DNA of 61,244 nt. Origin: an uncultured bacterium. GTDB taxonomy: Bacteria; Cyanobacteriota; Vampirovibrionia; Gastranaerophilales; Gastranaerophilaceae. Made by a program: the position numbers and the translations under genes. Shown one piece after another: positions 8,018 to 16,694 of this stretch (position 1 is the first letter of the stretch; every line of letters starts with the position of its first letter). The notes below the pieces were generated by a model, which worked only from the letters and a program-made list of their open reading frames with translations, ran no database searches and was not told the origin of the DNA. The stretch spans positions 1 through 61,244 of the forward strand of contig URHD01000001.1 of the NCBI GenBank assembly GCA_900547585.1. Direction: 5' to 3'.

Positions 8018-10177
8018 CTATGCGTTGAGATAGGCATAGAACAGTTTATCAAAATTATATAATGTCATCTGGATAATCTGATCCATATCTGCTACAGAAC
8101 CGTCTTTTTTACGGTTATCTTTGCCGCTCCAGTCTTTAGTGCTATCTTCGACGCGTCCATTATTATTAGCCGTGCCATACGGACAATCGTTTGTATTACC
8201 CTGCATTGCAGTGAGAGCAGCTTTCTGTGCGGAACGGAATAATGCAGTTATTTGAGATTTGTCAATATTCGGATATTTTTCTATAAGCCGCTGCAAAAGA
8301 GGTTCCATTGCACCCTGATAAGCCACATCTCCAACAGTATTATCAATATGGACTGTGCCGTCAGAATATTGAACAACTTTTCCGCCATAATGGACTTTCT
8401 TGGTGCTACTGTACGGCAGTTCATCAGTTAAAGAAGTATCAGCGTAGGAAGTGCGTTGAGAATAATTCTCCATCAATTCAGGTTTTGACTGCAAATTTTG
8501 GAGCATTGCTTCAAGATTATCAAGGACTTTTGTTACAAAGGCTTCTGTATTATTAGATTGTGAAGAATTGAATGAGCCGTATGCTTCTATCCAGGCAGCC
8601 TGAACAAGTTTGTTGAGGGCAGATTCTCCGCCCAGTGCGGATAATATGTTTTTTCCGCCATATTTTTCGAGTTTTTCGATTTCTTTTGTAAAACGATTCA
8701 TAATTTCGTCGTAAACGGCTTTAGTTGAAGATTCCTGGAAGACAATATTTCCGTTTTTATCCATACCGAATTCTGTATGAATCTTGCTCGAATCTGCCTT
8801 ATCAATAATCTTATCAATATCATCAATTACTTCATCCAGAGCATCAGAAGCATAATCAGCCGCGTCAATAAACTCCTGATTTACTTCTTTTTCACCCGGT
8901 TCGGTAGTTACATCACTGACAGGCGGGGTTTCAGGTGTATTTTCAACTTTTTTAACAGCTACGGAGCCATCTTTGATTATTCCCTGATACAAGAGTTTGT
9001 CAAAGCTATACAAGGTCATCTGTACTATTTGGTCCATATGTGCCACAGAACCATCTTTTTTGCGGTTATCTTTACCGCCCCAGTTCTTTGAATAATCCTC
9101 TACACGTCCGCTGTTATTACCTGTACCATAAGGGCAGTCAGCTTCGTTTCTCTGGAATGCTTCAAGCGCATCCTTCTGTGCAGTACGGAAGATTTCAGTC
9201 AAATAATCAGGGTCAAGGTTGGGATATTTCGCGATGAGCCTTTCAAGCAGCGGTTCCATTGTCTGTTGATAATCGTTATCATCGGTTGTATTGTCGATAT
9301 GGATAGTCCCGTCAGCATATTGAGCAATTGTACCGGAATAATTTATCTTTTCATCACCGCCATAGGTTGTATTTGTGTTGTAATGTTTGAGCCCGTTTGT
9401 CAGCGAACTGTCAGCATAAGAGCCACGCTGCGTAAAGACCTCGAGCATTTCAGGGCTTTTTTCCAGCATAGTAAGCATGTTATTCAAATTATTGAGCACA
9501 GATTCAACAAAATCCTCTGTATTATTTGATTGTGACGAATTATAAGAATTATAAGTTGTCATCCATGCCGACTGAACGAGCTTTTCGAGCACATCATCAC
9601 CGCCAATTGCACCCAAAATGTTCATATTACCATATTTTTCGAGCTTTTGAATTTCTTTTTTAACGCGGCTGGAGATTTCATCATATACAGCCTTTGTGTT
9701 AGCCTCCTGAAAGACAATATTTCCGTCTTTATCCATCCCAAACTCTGTATGAATCTTATTTGAGCCGGCTTTTTTGACAATTTTGTCTATATCATCAATA
9801 ACTTCATCAATCGCATCTTTCACATTATCTGCAACATCAGCTATTGTGGGCGAAGTTTCAGGTTCAGGTTCTTGCGGAGCCACAGGAGCCTTCTGCCCTG
9901 AATCCTCTGCCGGCGGCGTCACCGGAGGCGTATCAGAATCCGTGGATGGGGTATCAACAACCGGCTCATCAACAATTGGTTTGGGAAAAACGAAAGTTTG
10001 GGGATATTTTATCGCCAATTTGGGTGAAGTGTCAGGCTGAAAGTTGTCAGCTTCCGCTTTTGATTTCATGTCATCAAAAAGCACCTCCGGCTCCGCTTCA
10101 AGTTCCGGATTTAGCCTGAGCTCTTTTGAATCAAACTTCAGTGTAAGTATTCTAGCAATTTTTTGTAACATTATCAA
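8018..10177 (-). CDS. hypothetical protein: Pro/acidic linker followed by two tandem ~290-aa copies of an unknown module
   Basis: 719-aa ORF. Residues ~113-398 and ~437-719 align along their whole length (DA[IL]DEVIDDIDKI, KIHTEFGMDK[DN]GNIVFQE, NSSQSNNTE, DGT[IV]HIDNT, MEPLL[EQ]RLI[AE]KYPN, DCPYGT, GRVED, GKDNRKKDGSVA, MDQI[VI]QMTLY). No signal peptide is seen. Confidence 0.75.
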   Translation of the reverse strand: MIMLQKIARILTLKFDSKELRLNPELEAEPEVLFDDMKSKAEADNFQPDTSPKLAIKYPQTFVFPKPIVDEPVVDTPSTDSDTPPVTPPAEDSGQKAPVAPQEPEPETSPTIADVADNVKDAIDEVIDDIDKIVKKAGSNKIHTEFGMDKDGNIVFQEANTKAVYDEISSRVKKEIQKLEKYGNMNILGAIGGDDVLEKLVQSAWMTTYNSYNSSQSNNTEDFVESVLNNLNNMLTMLEKSPEMLEVFTQRGSYADSSLTNGLKHYNTNTTYGGDEKINYSGTIAQYADGTIHIDNTTDDNDYQQTMEPLLERLIAKYPNLDPDYLTEIFRTAQKDALEAFQRNEADCPYGTGNNSGRVEDYSKNWGGKDNRKKDGSVAHMDQIVQMTLYSFDKLLYQGIIKDGSVAVKKVENTPETPPVSDVTTEPGEKEVNQEFIDAADYASDALDEVIDDIDKIIDKADSSKIHTEFGMDKNGNIVFQESSTKAVYDEIMNRFTKEIEKLEKYGGKNILSALGGESALNKLVQAAWIEAYGSFNSSQSNNTEAFVTKVLDNLEAMLQNLQSKPELMENYSQRTSYADTSLTDELPYSSTKKVHYGGKVVQYSDGTVHIDNTVGDVAYQGAMEPLLQRLIEKYPNIDKSQITALFRSAQKAALTAMQGNTNDCPYGTANNNGRVEDSTKDWSGKDNRKKDGSVADMDQIIQMTLYNFDKLFYAYLNA

Positions 10178-10279
10178 TCTCCTATGAAAAAATAGTAACG
10201 CTTTCTATTTTACTATCGTCATTTTTTTTTTTTCTTTAGGAAATATTAGAAATGTTTACAAAAATTAATAAATACTGCT

Positions 10280-10996
10280 TTAAAGCGCTTTACGTTTTGC
10301 CTCTTTTTTGGCTTTACGCGGGAGTTTATCAACATTTTTAATGCGCGGAGGATTTGTTTTTCTGGGATGAAGAGGGAGTTTTTCGAGCTTTTCAAACATC
10401 TCAGCACATGCCTCAAAGGGACGCCAGATATGAGGTTTAAAAGCGTTAAATTCTGGCTCACGTTTTGGTTTAGCCGGTTTCGGGAGTGTTTTTATACTTG
10501 TTTTTTGCACAGTAAGTGATTTTAGAAATTTTTCATGAAGAGAATTAACAATGACTTCCGCGGTGTCAATTATATTGAAAAATTCAGATTTTCCGTATTC
10601 TTTGGGGTCAAGCGATTTTCTGTACGCAGAATAAGTTAAAGAATCCTTTGGCGGGAAGACTTCGTTGAACTTTCCGATAACAGGTTTGGGGTTTACGACC
10701 CATTTATTTCTGATTTCGCCTTTAGCATCAACAATCATCACTGAAATGAGTTGTTTTCCCTTTTCGTAAAGGTCAATGATTATATCATTTTCATTATCTT
10801 TCTGGCGTTTTGTTAAATGTTCCGAAAGAACCGACCAGAGAGGCTTTTTATGACCTTCTGGAATATTCACATCCATAAATTTTGCATTGGAGGCTTTTAC
10901 CATTCTGTCGGCTTTTTTCAACAATTTTTCCGCCTCATGAGAAACAACATATACACTTTTAAATGAGGGCGAAGCGCTGTATTTTTTTATATCCAT
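10280..10996 (-). CDS. hypothetical protein with Lys/Pro-rich basic C-terminus
   Basis: 238-aa ORF on the same strand and immediately upstream of the 719-aa gene. No recognisable motif. Confidence 0.6.
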   Translation of the reverse strand: MDIKKYSASPSFKSVYVVSHEAEKLLKKADRMVKASNAKFMDVNIPEGHKKPLWSVLSEHLTKRQKDNENDIIIDLYEKGKQLISVMIVDAKGEIRNKWVVNPKPVIGKFNEVFPPKDSLTYSAYRKSLDPKEYGKSEFFNIIDTAEVIVNSLHEKFLKSLTVQKTSIKTLPKPAKPKREPEFNAFKPHIWRPFEACAEMFEKLEKLPLHPRKTNPPRIKNVDKLPRKAKKEAKRKAL

Positions 10997-11126
10997 ATTT
11001 TCCCCGGATGTCTATACATTTATTATTAAATCAGTGAATAAAAATTTTTGCTATTTGTAACAAAACAGTTGACATTTCTTAAAAAAATGAAATCATAAAA
11101 ATATATAGATAAAGTTGGGGTTATAT

Positions 11127-12503
11127 ATGAAAATTGTGCACTTTTGGCTGTATGTTGTCGCAATTGTTGCTTCGCTGGGCGGGCTTTTGTCCGGTTATGA
11201 CACAGGCGTAATTTCAGGTGCACTTTTATTTATAAACGAAACATGGGATTTGACAGATTTTACACAGGGCTTTCTCGTAAGCTCGGTTTTAATCGGAGCG
11301 GTCATCGGTGCAGCAGCGAACGGAGTTATGGCAGATATTTTCGGACGAAAAAAGATAATTATTGCAACTGCCATCATTTTTATCGTCGGCTCAATACTCA
11401 GCGCAGTTGCTCCCAACGTTCAAATACTTATTTTATCCAGAATAATGGTCGGATTGGCTGTTGGTATGGTGAATTTTGTTGTTCCGCTTTATTTATCCGA
11501 AGTTTCGCCTAAAAATATCCGTGGAATGCTCGTTTCTCTTTATCAGTGGGCAATTACGGCAGGAATTCTCTTTTCATACCTGATTAACGGCGCGTTTGCG
11601 GCGGCTGTTTACAACTGGCGCTGGATGCTTTTTGCAGGGGTTCTTCCTGCAACAATTCTTCTTGTTGGAATGTCTTTTCTCGGCGATACGCCGAGATGGC
11701 TGCTCAGCAAGAACAAGGATGAAGAAGCAAAAAAGGTTTTCAAACGTATTGAGCCAGAAATTGATGTAGATTCGCGCATAAGCGAAATCAAAGCAACGCT
11801 CAAAGGCGAATTTGAAGAAAAAGGCAAAAAATTCAGCTTCAAAAAATGGATGATTATGCCGCTTGTAGTGGGCATAGGGATAATGTTTGCGCAGATTTGC
11901 ACAGGAATTAACACAATAATCTACTACGCACCGACAATTTTCAAAATAGCCGGATTTGATTCAAATATCAGCGCAATCTATGCAGCAATGGGCATAGGAA
12001 TAATAAACTTCCTCATGACAATCGTTGCAATCGCGTTCACCGACAAACTTGGAAGAAAACCGCTTCTTTATTTCGGTTTAACCGGCGTTATGCTCAGTCT
12101 TGTTGCCCTCGGGTGCGCATTCCAGTTTGAGGCAGTTCTGGGCGGCGCGCTAAAATGGGTTGCAGTTGGCAGCCTTGCGACTTATATAATTTGCTTTGCG
12201 TTCAGCCTCGGGCCTATTGGCTGGATTCTTGTTTCCGAAGTTTTTCCGCTCAGAATCAGGGGTGCGGCAATGAGTCTGTGCACTGTGGCAAATTTTGCGT
12301 TCAATTTCCTCGTGGTATTTTCATTTCTGCCCTTAATTCACAGAATAGGCGAGGCGAATACCTTCTGGATGTTCGCAGTCGTGTCACTTTTGTGCATTTT
12401 CTTTGTTTATTTCTTTGTTCCGGAAACAAAGGGGATTTCTCTGGAAACAATTGAAGCAAACTGGATAAATGGCGTTTCGCCGAGAAAATTCAAAGAAGAA
12501 TAA
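11127..12503 (+). CDS. MFS sugar porter family transporter (sugar/inositol:H+ symporter-like)
   Basis: Sugar-porter signatures GRKKIIIATAIIF, LSRIMVGLAVG, PLYLSEVSPKNIRG, GDTPRWL and PETKG, with 12 TM-like segments. The ATG at 11127 is preferred over the upstream TTG. Confidence 0.85.
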   Translation: MKIVHFWLYVVAIVASLGGLLSGYDTGVISGALLFINETWDLTDFTQGFLVSSVLIGAVIGAAANGVMADIFGRKKIIIATAIIFIVGSILSAVAPNVQILILSRIMVGLAVGMVNFVVPLYLSEVSPKNIRGMLVSLYQWAITAGILFSYLINGAFAAAVYNWRWMLFAGVLPATILLVGMSFLGDTPRWLLSKNKDEEAKKVFKRIEPEIDVDSRISEIKATLKGEFEEKGKKFSFKKWMIMPLVVGIGIMFAQICTGINTIIYYAPTIFKIAGFDSNISAIYAAMGIGIINFLMTIVAIAFTDKLGRKPLLYFGLTGVMLSLVALGCAFQFEAVLGGALKWVAVGSLATYIICFAFSLGPIGWILVSEVFPLRIRGAAMSLCTVANFAFNFLVVFSFLPLIHRIGEANTFWMFAVVSLLCIFFVYFFVPETKGISLETIEANWINGVSPRKFKEE

Positions 12504-12505
12504 GG

Positions 12506-13432
12506 CTATCTCGGACATTTTTCAGGTTTGAGAATCTGAATATTTCTTGTTTCTGAAAAATCGTAGCGGGCAGCTTTGATTTTTTCTTTTGTTTCTTCAT
12601 CCAGGCTTTTTCCTGAAACAAGCCGATCAACAAAGCCGTTGTTGAGTTTCACAGCCTTGTGCAGACAGCCGATATCATCAAGCATATCCTTGATTTGAAT
12701 AAAATCATAACCAAAAGACTGTTTTGACTGATAAATCATTGTTTCTCCGCTCAAAGCAGTAACAGGTTCGCCGCCCTCTTCAAAATAGAGCTTAAAAATG
12801 GATTTTAAATCCTGCATTTCCGACTGCATTGTCTGTACAGCCTGCTGAATTCGCAAATAACGCTCAAAAAGGTACTCAATGTTGTCGATTTGCTTGAGCT
12901 GCCAGTCGTATTTTTTATCATAAAGCTTTTTAAGGCGAGGATAAGCCATTGCAAGCCCGATTGTATCAGCCATTGCCCTGTGGCGTGTATCGAATTCAAC
13001 ATTGAACTTGAGCATGAGGTTTTCAAGCCCGGGTGATTCAATATCCGGATAAACCTCTTTGAAAAGGAACTGAGAATCAATTCTTGCATTTTCAATCGGT
13101 TTTCCGTAGAGCCTTTTTGAAGCTTCATTCAAAAAACTCCAGTCAAAAATCGCATTGTGCGCAACTATCGGATGTTTTCCGATAAATTTGAAGATTTTTG
13201 GCATGATTTTATCTTCAGTCGGTGCGTCTGCGACCATTTCTTCGGTAATACCGTGGATTGCAATGCTGGATTTTCTGATATGCTGCTGCGGATTGATAAG
13301 AGTTTCAAATTTATCGGTAATTTCGCCGTTCACAAGTTTTACCGCCGCAAATTCAATTATTCTTTCTTTTGTATAATCAAGCCCCGTCGTTTCAACGTCG
13401 AGCACGATTTCTGTAATTTTCTTTCTAGGCAT
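12506..13432 (-). CDS. DnaQ/epsilon-like DEDDh 3'-5' exonuclease domain protein with uncharacterised C-terminal half
   Basis: Exo motifs VLDVETTGL, HNAIFDWSFL and HRAMADT. GGAGGA lies 8 nt upstream of the ATG at 13432; the track TTG start contains this RBS. Confidence 0.8.
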   Translation of the reverse strand: MPRKKITEIVLDVETTGLDYTKERIIEFAAVKLVNGEITDKFETLINPQQHIRKSSIAIHGITEEMVADAPTEDKIMPKIFKFIGKHPIVAHNAIFDWSFLNEASKRLYGKPIENARIDSQFLFKEVYPDIESPGLENLMLKFNVEFDTRHRAMADTIGLAMAYPRLKKLYDKKYDWQLKQIDNIEYLFERYLRIQQAVQTMQSEMQDLKSIFKLYFEEGGEPVTALSGETMIYQSKQSFGYDFIQIKDMLDDIGCLHKAVKLNNGFVDRLVSGKSLDEETKEKIKAARYDFSETRNIQILKPEKCPR

Positions 13433-13763
13433 GAAAAATTTTCCTCCCAAGCTTAAAATTTATATTAACACAAACTATCGCCAACGGGCTAATTTAAAAT
13501 CTTTACAATTGCGTGAAACTATTATCGTTGAGGGAAAAATCAGCGCAGATTCAACCCTGAAAACGCCTTTGACTTGATTTTTAATTTTTATGTAGTACTA
13601 TATACAAGAGCTTAGAAATCAAGTTCAAAATTTTTCAGAGTATTCGGGCTGTCAACCTGAAAAAATGAAAAAACCGAAACCTCGCACGGGACCCTTAACG
13701 GGATATAAAGAAGAGAACAATTGAAACCCGGCGACCCTGAAGTACAAAACAGAGGATTATCAT

Positions 13764-14393
13764 TTGATTAGAAAGTTACTAACAATAACCTTGCTATTCA
13801 ATCTTTGCATGTTTGCAAATCCCGAACAATCACAAGCAGCTCCGGCATCAAAGATGACCGTGAAAGAGTACATCGTAAAACATTCGCTTGAGATGGGAGT
13901 TGACCCTGCTCTCGGGTTGAGTATTGCAAAGATGGAGTCAGGTTTTGTTCACGAAAAGAAAAGCCCGTACGGAGCAGTAGGAGTTTTTCAGCTTTTGCCC
14001 TCCACAGCCAGAAGAATCGGATACAATCCGTACTCTTTAAGCGGAAACATACAAGGCGGACTTGCTTATTACAAAATGATGTACCAGAAATTCGGTTCTG
14101 TTGAGCTGGCGCTCGCCGCATACAATGCAGGCCCCGGAAATGTCGCGAAATACAAGGGGATGCCGCCTTTTGCAGAAACCAAAAAATTCGTCAGAAATAT
14201 TATGAGCGAATATAACATGCAAAAAGCAAATCCTGACCCCGCTATTACAAAATTTCAGAAACAAAAGGCTCAGACCGTTCCTGCAAACCACACTGCTGTC
14301 ACTGTTGACAAAAGCGAGAATGTTATAAAACAGGTTCGATCAGAATCAGCCGAGCTGGATTTACCCATCATGCCGCTTACGGAGGCTATTTAA
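13764..14393 (+). CDS. secreted lytic transglycosylase (SLT domain)
   Basis: Signal peptide (LLTITLLFNLCMFANPEQSQA) and an SLT core (IAKMESGF...GAVGVFQLLPSTA...AAYNAGPGNV). TTG start with AGAGGA 7 nt upstream. Confidence 0.8.
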   Translation: MIRKLLTITLLFNLCMFANPEQSQAAPASKMTVKEYIVKHSLEMGVDPALGLSIAKMESGFVHEKKSPYGAVGVFQLLPSTARRIGYNPYSLSGNIQGGLAYYKMMYQKFGSVELALAAYNAGPGNVAKYKGMPPFAETKKFVRNIMSEYNMQKANPDPAITKFQKQKAQTVPANHTAVTVDKSENVIKQVRSESAELDLPIMPLTEAI

Positions 14394-14420
14394 AGGTAAT
14401 GAATTAATCAGTTATAAAAA

Positions 14421-14468
14421 AGGCATTTTGTAAATTTTTTCTTTGAAATTACACAAAATGCCTTTTTT
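14421..14468 (+). terminator. rho-independent terminator after the SLT gene
   Basis: GGCATTTTGT...ACAAAATGCC stem followed by TTTTTT. Confidence 0.7.
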
Positions 14469-14499
14469 ATTTTAAAATGTTGTGTAAGAGAAAAAGATT

Positions 14500-15189
14500 A
14501 TGAGCAGAGCATTTAAAGAAACAAAAACCCATGAGGTCACTACCGACGTTGTTATCTTTACTATTAAAGATGACAAACTCAAAGTTCTGCTCGTAAAGCG
14601 CGCCCATGAACCTTTCAAAGGGAAATGGGCAATTCCGGGCGGATTTATCAGAATTTCTGAAACAATAGACGCTGCGGCTATCAGAATTTTGAAAGAAAAA
14701 ACAAATGTCCAAAATATTTACCTTGAGCAGCTTTATACGTTCGGCGATCCGCTCCGTCACCCTGATTCAAGGGTTATTACATGCGCATATTTTGCTCTTA
14801 TCCGCTCGGATGACATCGTGCTTTCGTTTGAGCCTAATCAGGAGATTACAGAAGTTCAATGGCACCCTGTTTACAACCTGCCAAAACTCGCTTTTGACCA
14901 CAAAGAGATTATTGAGTATTCATTGAAAAGAACAAGGGAACGTCTTGAATTCTGTCCGATAGCGTTCCAACTTTTACCGGAAAAATTCACGCTTACCGAA
15001 CTGCAAAAGTCGTACGAATTGATTCTTGCCAAAAAACTCGACAAACGCAATTTCAGAAAGAAATTTCTTTCCGCAAACATTTTGAAAGAGCTGAATGAGT
15101 TCACAAAATCAGGCTCAAAACGCCCTGCGCGCCTTTATTCGTTCGATAAAATCACGCTCGACTCAAAACGCGGGCATTTCTTTTCATAG
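14500..15189 (+). CDS. NrtR-like protein: Nudix-fold domain with degenerate Nudix box plus C-terminal winged-helix
   Basis: GGFIRISETIDAAAIRILKEKTNV fits GX5EX7R but lacks the REUxEE glutamates. The C-terminus (LQKSYELILAKKLDKRNFRKKF...RPARLYSF) has the pattern of Nudix-related transcriptional regulators. Confidence 0.7.
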   Translation: MSRAFKETKTHEVTTDVVIFTIKDDKLKVLLVKRAHEPFKGKWAIPGGFIRISETIDAAAIRILKEKTNVQNIYLEQLYTFGDPLRHPDSRVITCAYFALIRSDDIVLSFEPNQEITEVQWHPVYNLPKLAFDHKEIIEYSLKRTRERLEFCPIAFQLLPEKFTLTELQKSYELILAKKLDKRNFRKKFLSANILKELNEFTKSGSKRPARLYSFDKITLDSKRGHFFS

Positions 15190-15200
15190 TTTATGATTAA

Positions 15201-16628
15201 TCAATAAAAATCTGGCGGCATTGCAGTGTTTATATCACGCTGTGTCACTTCTACGTAATTTTTTCCGGCTCCGGAAGCAATATTTTTCGGGACAACCGGA
15301 AGTATAGAATCACGAATCAAAGGACCGTTGAATTTTTGGTATTTTCTCAGTAAATATGCAAAATGAGGTTTCATGTCATCTGCAATTTCATCGGTTATTT
15401 CTTCGGCAAAGTATCGACGATAGACACTCTGGCCGTATTTATTTTTATATTTTAATATTTTTCCCTCAAATGCGAGCTTTTTGATTTCAGCAATGAATTC
15501 TTCGCGGTTTTTTCTGGCATAACCGCTGACAAACAACTCCATAAGGTCTGATTCCATTTCCGTTTCCGCTACGCTCCTTGAATTGGCCGCATAGCCGTTA
15601 TTTTTGTTTATTTTGTAATCCAAAAAATGCCCGTTTTCATGCGCCATTGTTGAAAGACGCTTTTCGTTTATTTTTCCGCCGGCATCCACGACCGGTTTTG
15701 TGAAAAATGCATCTGAGTGGGCATATACGCCGTTTGTTTTTTCCGGCAAAAGGCTCGTAATATAAATATTTCGTGGCAGTTCGTCGCCCGATGCCCTTGT
15801 TATGTTTATAAATTCCCTCAAATATTCAATATTTTCAGGGTCGAGATTGTTGTCCATCCTGACTTTTATGCCGGTTTCATTAAAAAGCCTTGCCGCAGCT
15901 TCTTTTTGAGCTCCGGTTTGCGCTCCGAAAAGGGCTCTGTTAATTATGTCGTAATCATAAGCCATATTTGCGATGTCGCCTTTTGAAGAAACAAAAAAAT
16001 CATAAGGATAGGTCAGGCTGCGCTTTGCTTTTGCAAGTTCTATGAACTGATTCAGATTAATCGGGGCTGTTCCTTCGGCAGTTGCCCTTAAAAATTTTAT
16101 TGCATCGAGGTGCAGCGACGCCAAATCAAGCGGTGAAATTTCTTTTTTCACAGGATTAAGTAATTTCAGCGCAATTTCAATAGAATCAGGCGATTGCGCG
16201 GAATTTAGCGCAAGTAATTTTTCTGTCGGCGCTGCATCGCGTTTCAAGCCGGAAAAATCGATTTTTCTAAGCTTTTCAAGATTATCCCGCGTAAAAGCCT
16301 TAGAATCGCCGGTATAAACGAGCGCATCAAACCAGTCTGACGGTACAAAACCGTCGCGAGAAAAGGCATTGTTAATATTTTCGAATGTTTTTTCGAGCAG
16401 CGAAGGGTCTGTATCGTGGTCATTGACAACTTTTCTTACAGTACCGGCGTCAAGCCCGTATTTTTCAAGTTTGTGAGAAAGCGACTCTCTAGTAACGGGG
16501 ATTTTCTTCTGAAAAACAACGCTGTCCTGCGAAGTGAATTTTACCAGCGCTTTGCGCACGGCCGATTCCGCTTTTGCCGCTGGTTTGCTGTGGATAAGGC
16601 TATTTATATTTACCTGAGGTATCATCAT
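15201..16628 (-). CDS. hypothetical protein with C-terminal anthrax-lethal-factor-like (ATLF/M34-like) zinc metallopeptidase signature
   Basis: HENGH (res 330-334), then SGYARKNREEFIAEIKKL (res 368-385). Compare the lethal factor catalytic centre HEFGH ... SYGRTNEAEFFAEAFRL as recalled. The Tyr-to-Glu spacing (7) and His-to-Glu spacing (~43) match. No signal peptide. Confidence 0.55.
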   Translation of the reverse strand: MMIPQVNINSLIHSKPAAKAESAVRKALVKFTSQDSVVFQKKIPVTRESLSHKLEKYGLDAGTVRKVVNDHDTDPSLLEKTFENINNAFSRDGFVPSDWFDALVYTGDSKAFTRDNLEKLRKIDFSGLKRDAAPTEKLLALNSAQSPDSIEIALKLLNPVKKEISPLDLASLHLDAIKFLRATAEGTAPINLNQFIELAKAKRSLTYPYDFFVSSKGDIANMAYDYDIINRALFGAQTGAQKEAAARLFNETGIKVRMDNNLDPENIEYLREFINITRASGDELPRNIYITSLLPEKTNGVYAHSDAFFTKPVVDAGGKINEKRLSTMAHENGHFLDYKINKNNGYAANSRSVAETEMESDLMELFVSGYARKNREEFIAEIKKLAFEGKILKYKNKYGQSVYRRYFAEEITDEIADDMKPHFAYLLRKYQKFNGPLIRDSILPVVPKNIASGAGKNYVEVTQRDINTAMPPDFY

Positions 16629-16694
16629 AAATGGGTAATGTCCCTAAAAGGCTAAAATTGCCAGTTATCAGGGATTTTGTTAAATAATGTAACA

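Noticed and set aside
8021-9841. The two internal repeats of the 719-aa gene as a template/variable repeat pair of a diversity-generating retroelement
   Set aside because: The copies differ throughout, including indels, and are not restricted to adenine-specific substitutions. They are full protein modules rather than ~100-150-nt TR/VR segments. No reverse transcriptase is nearby.
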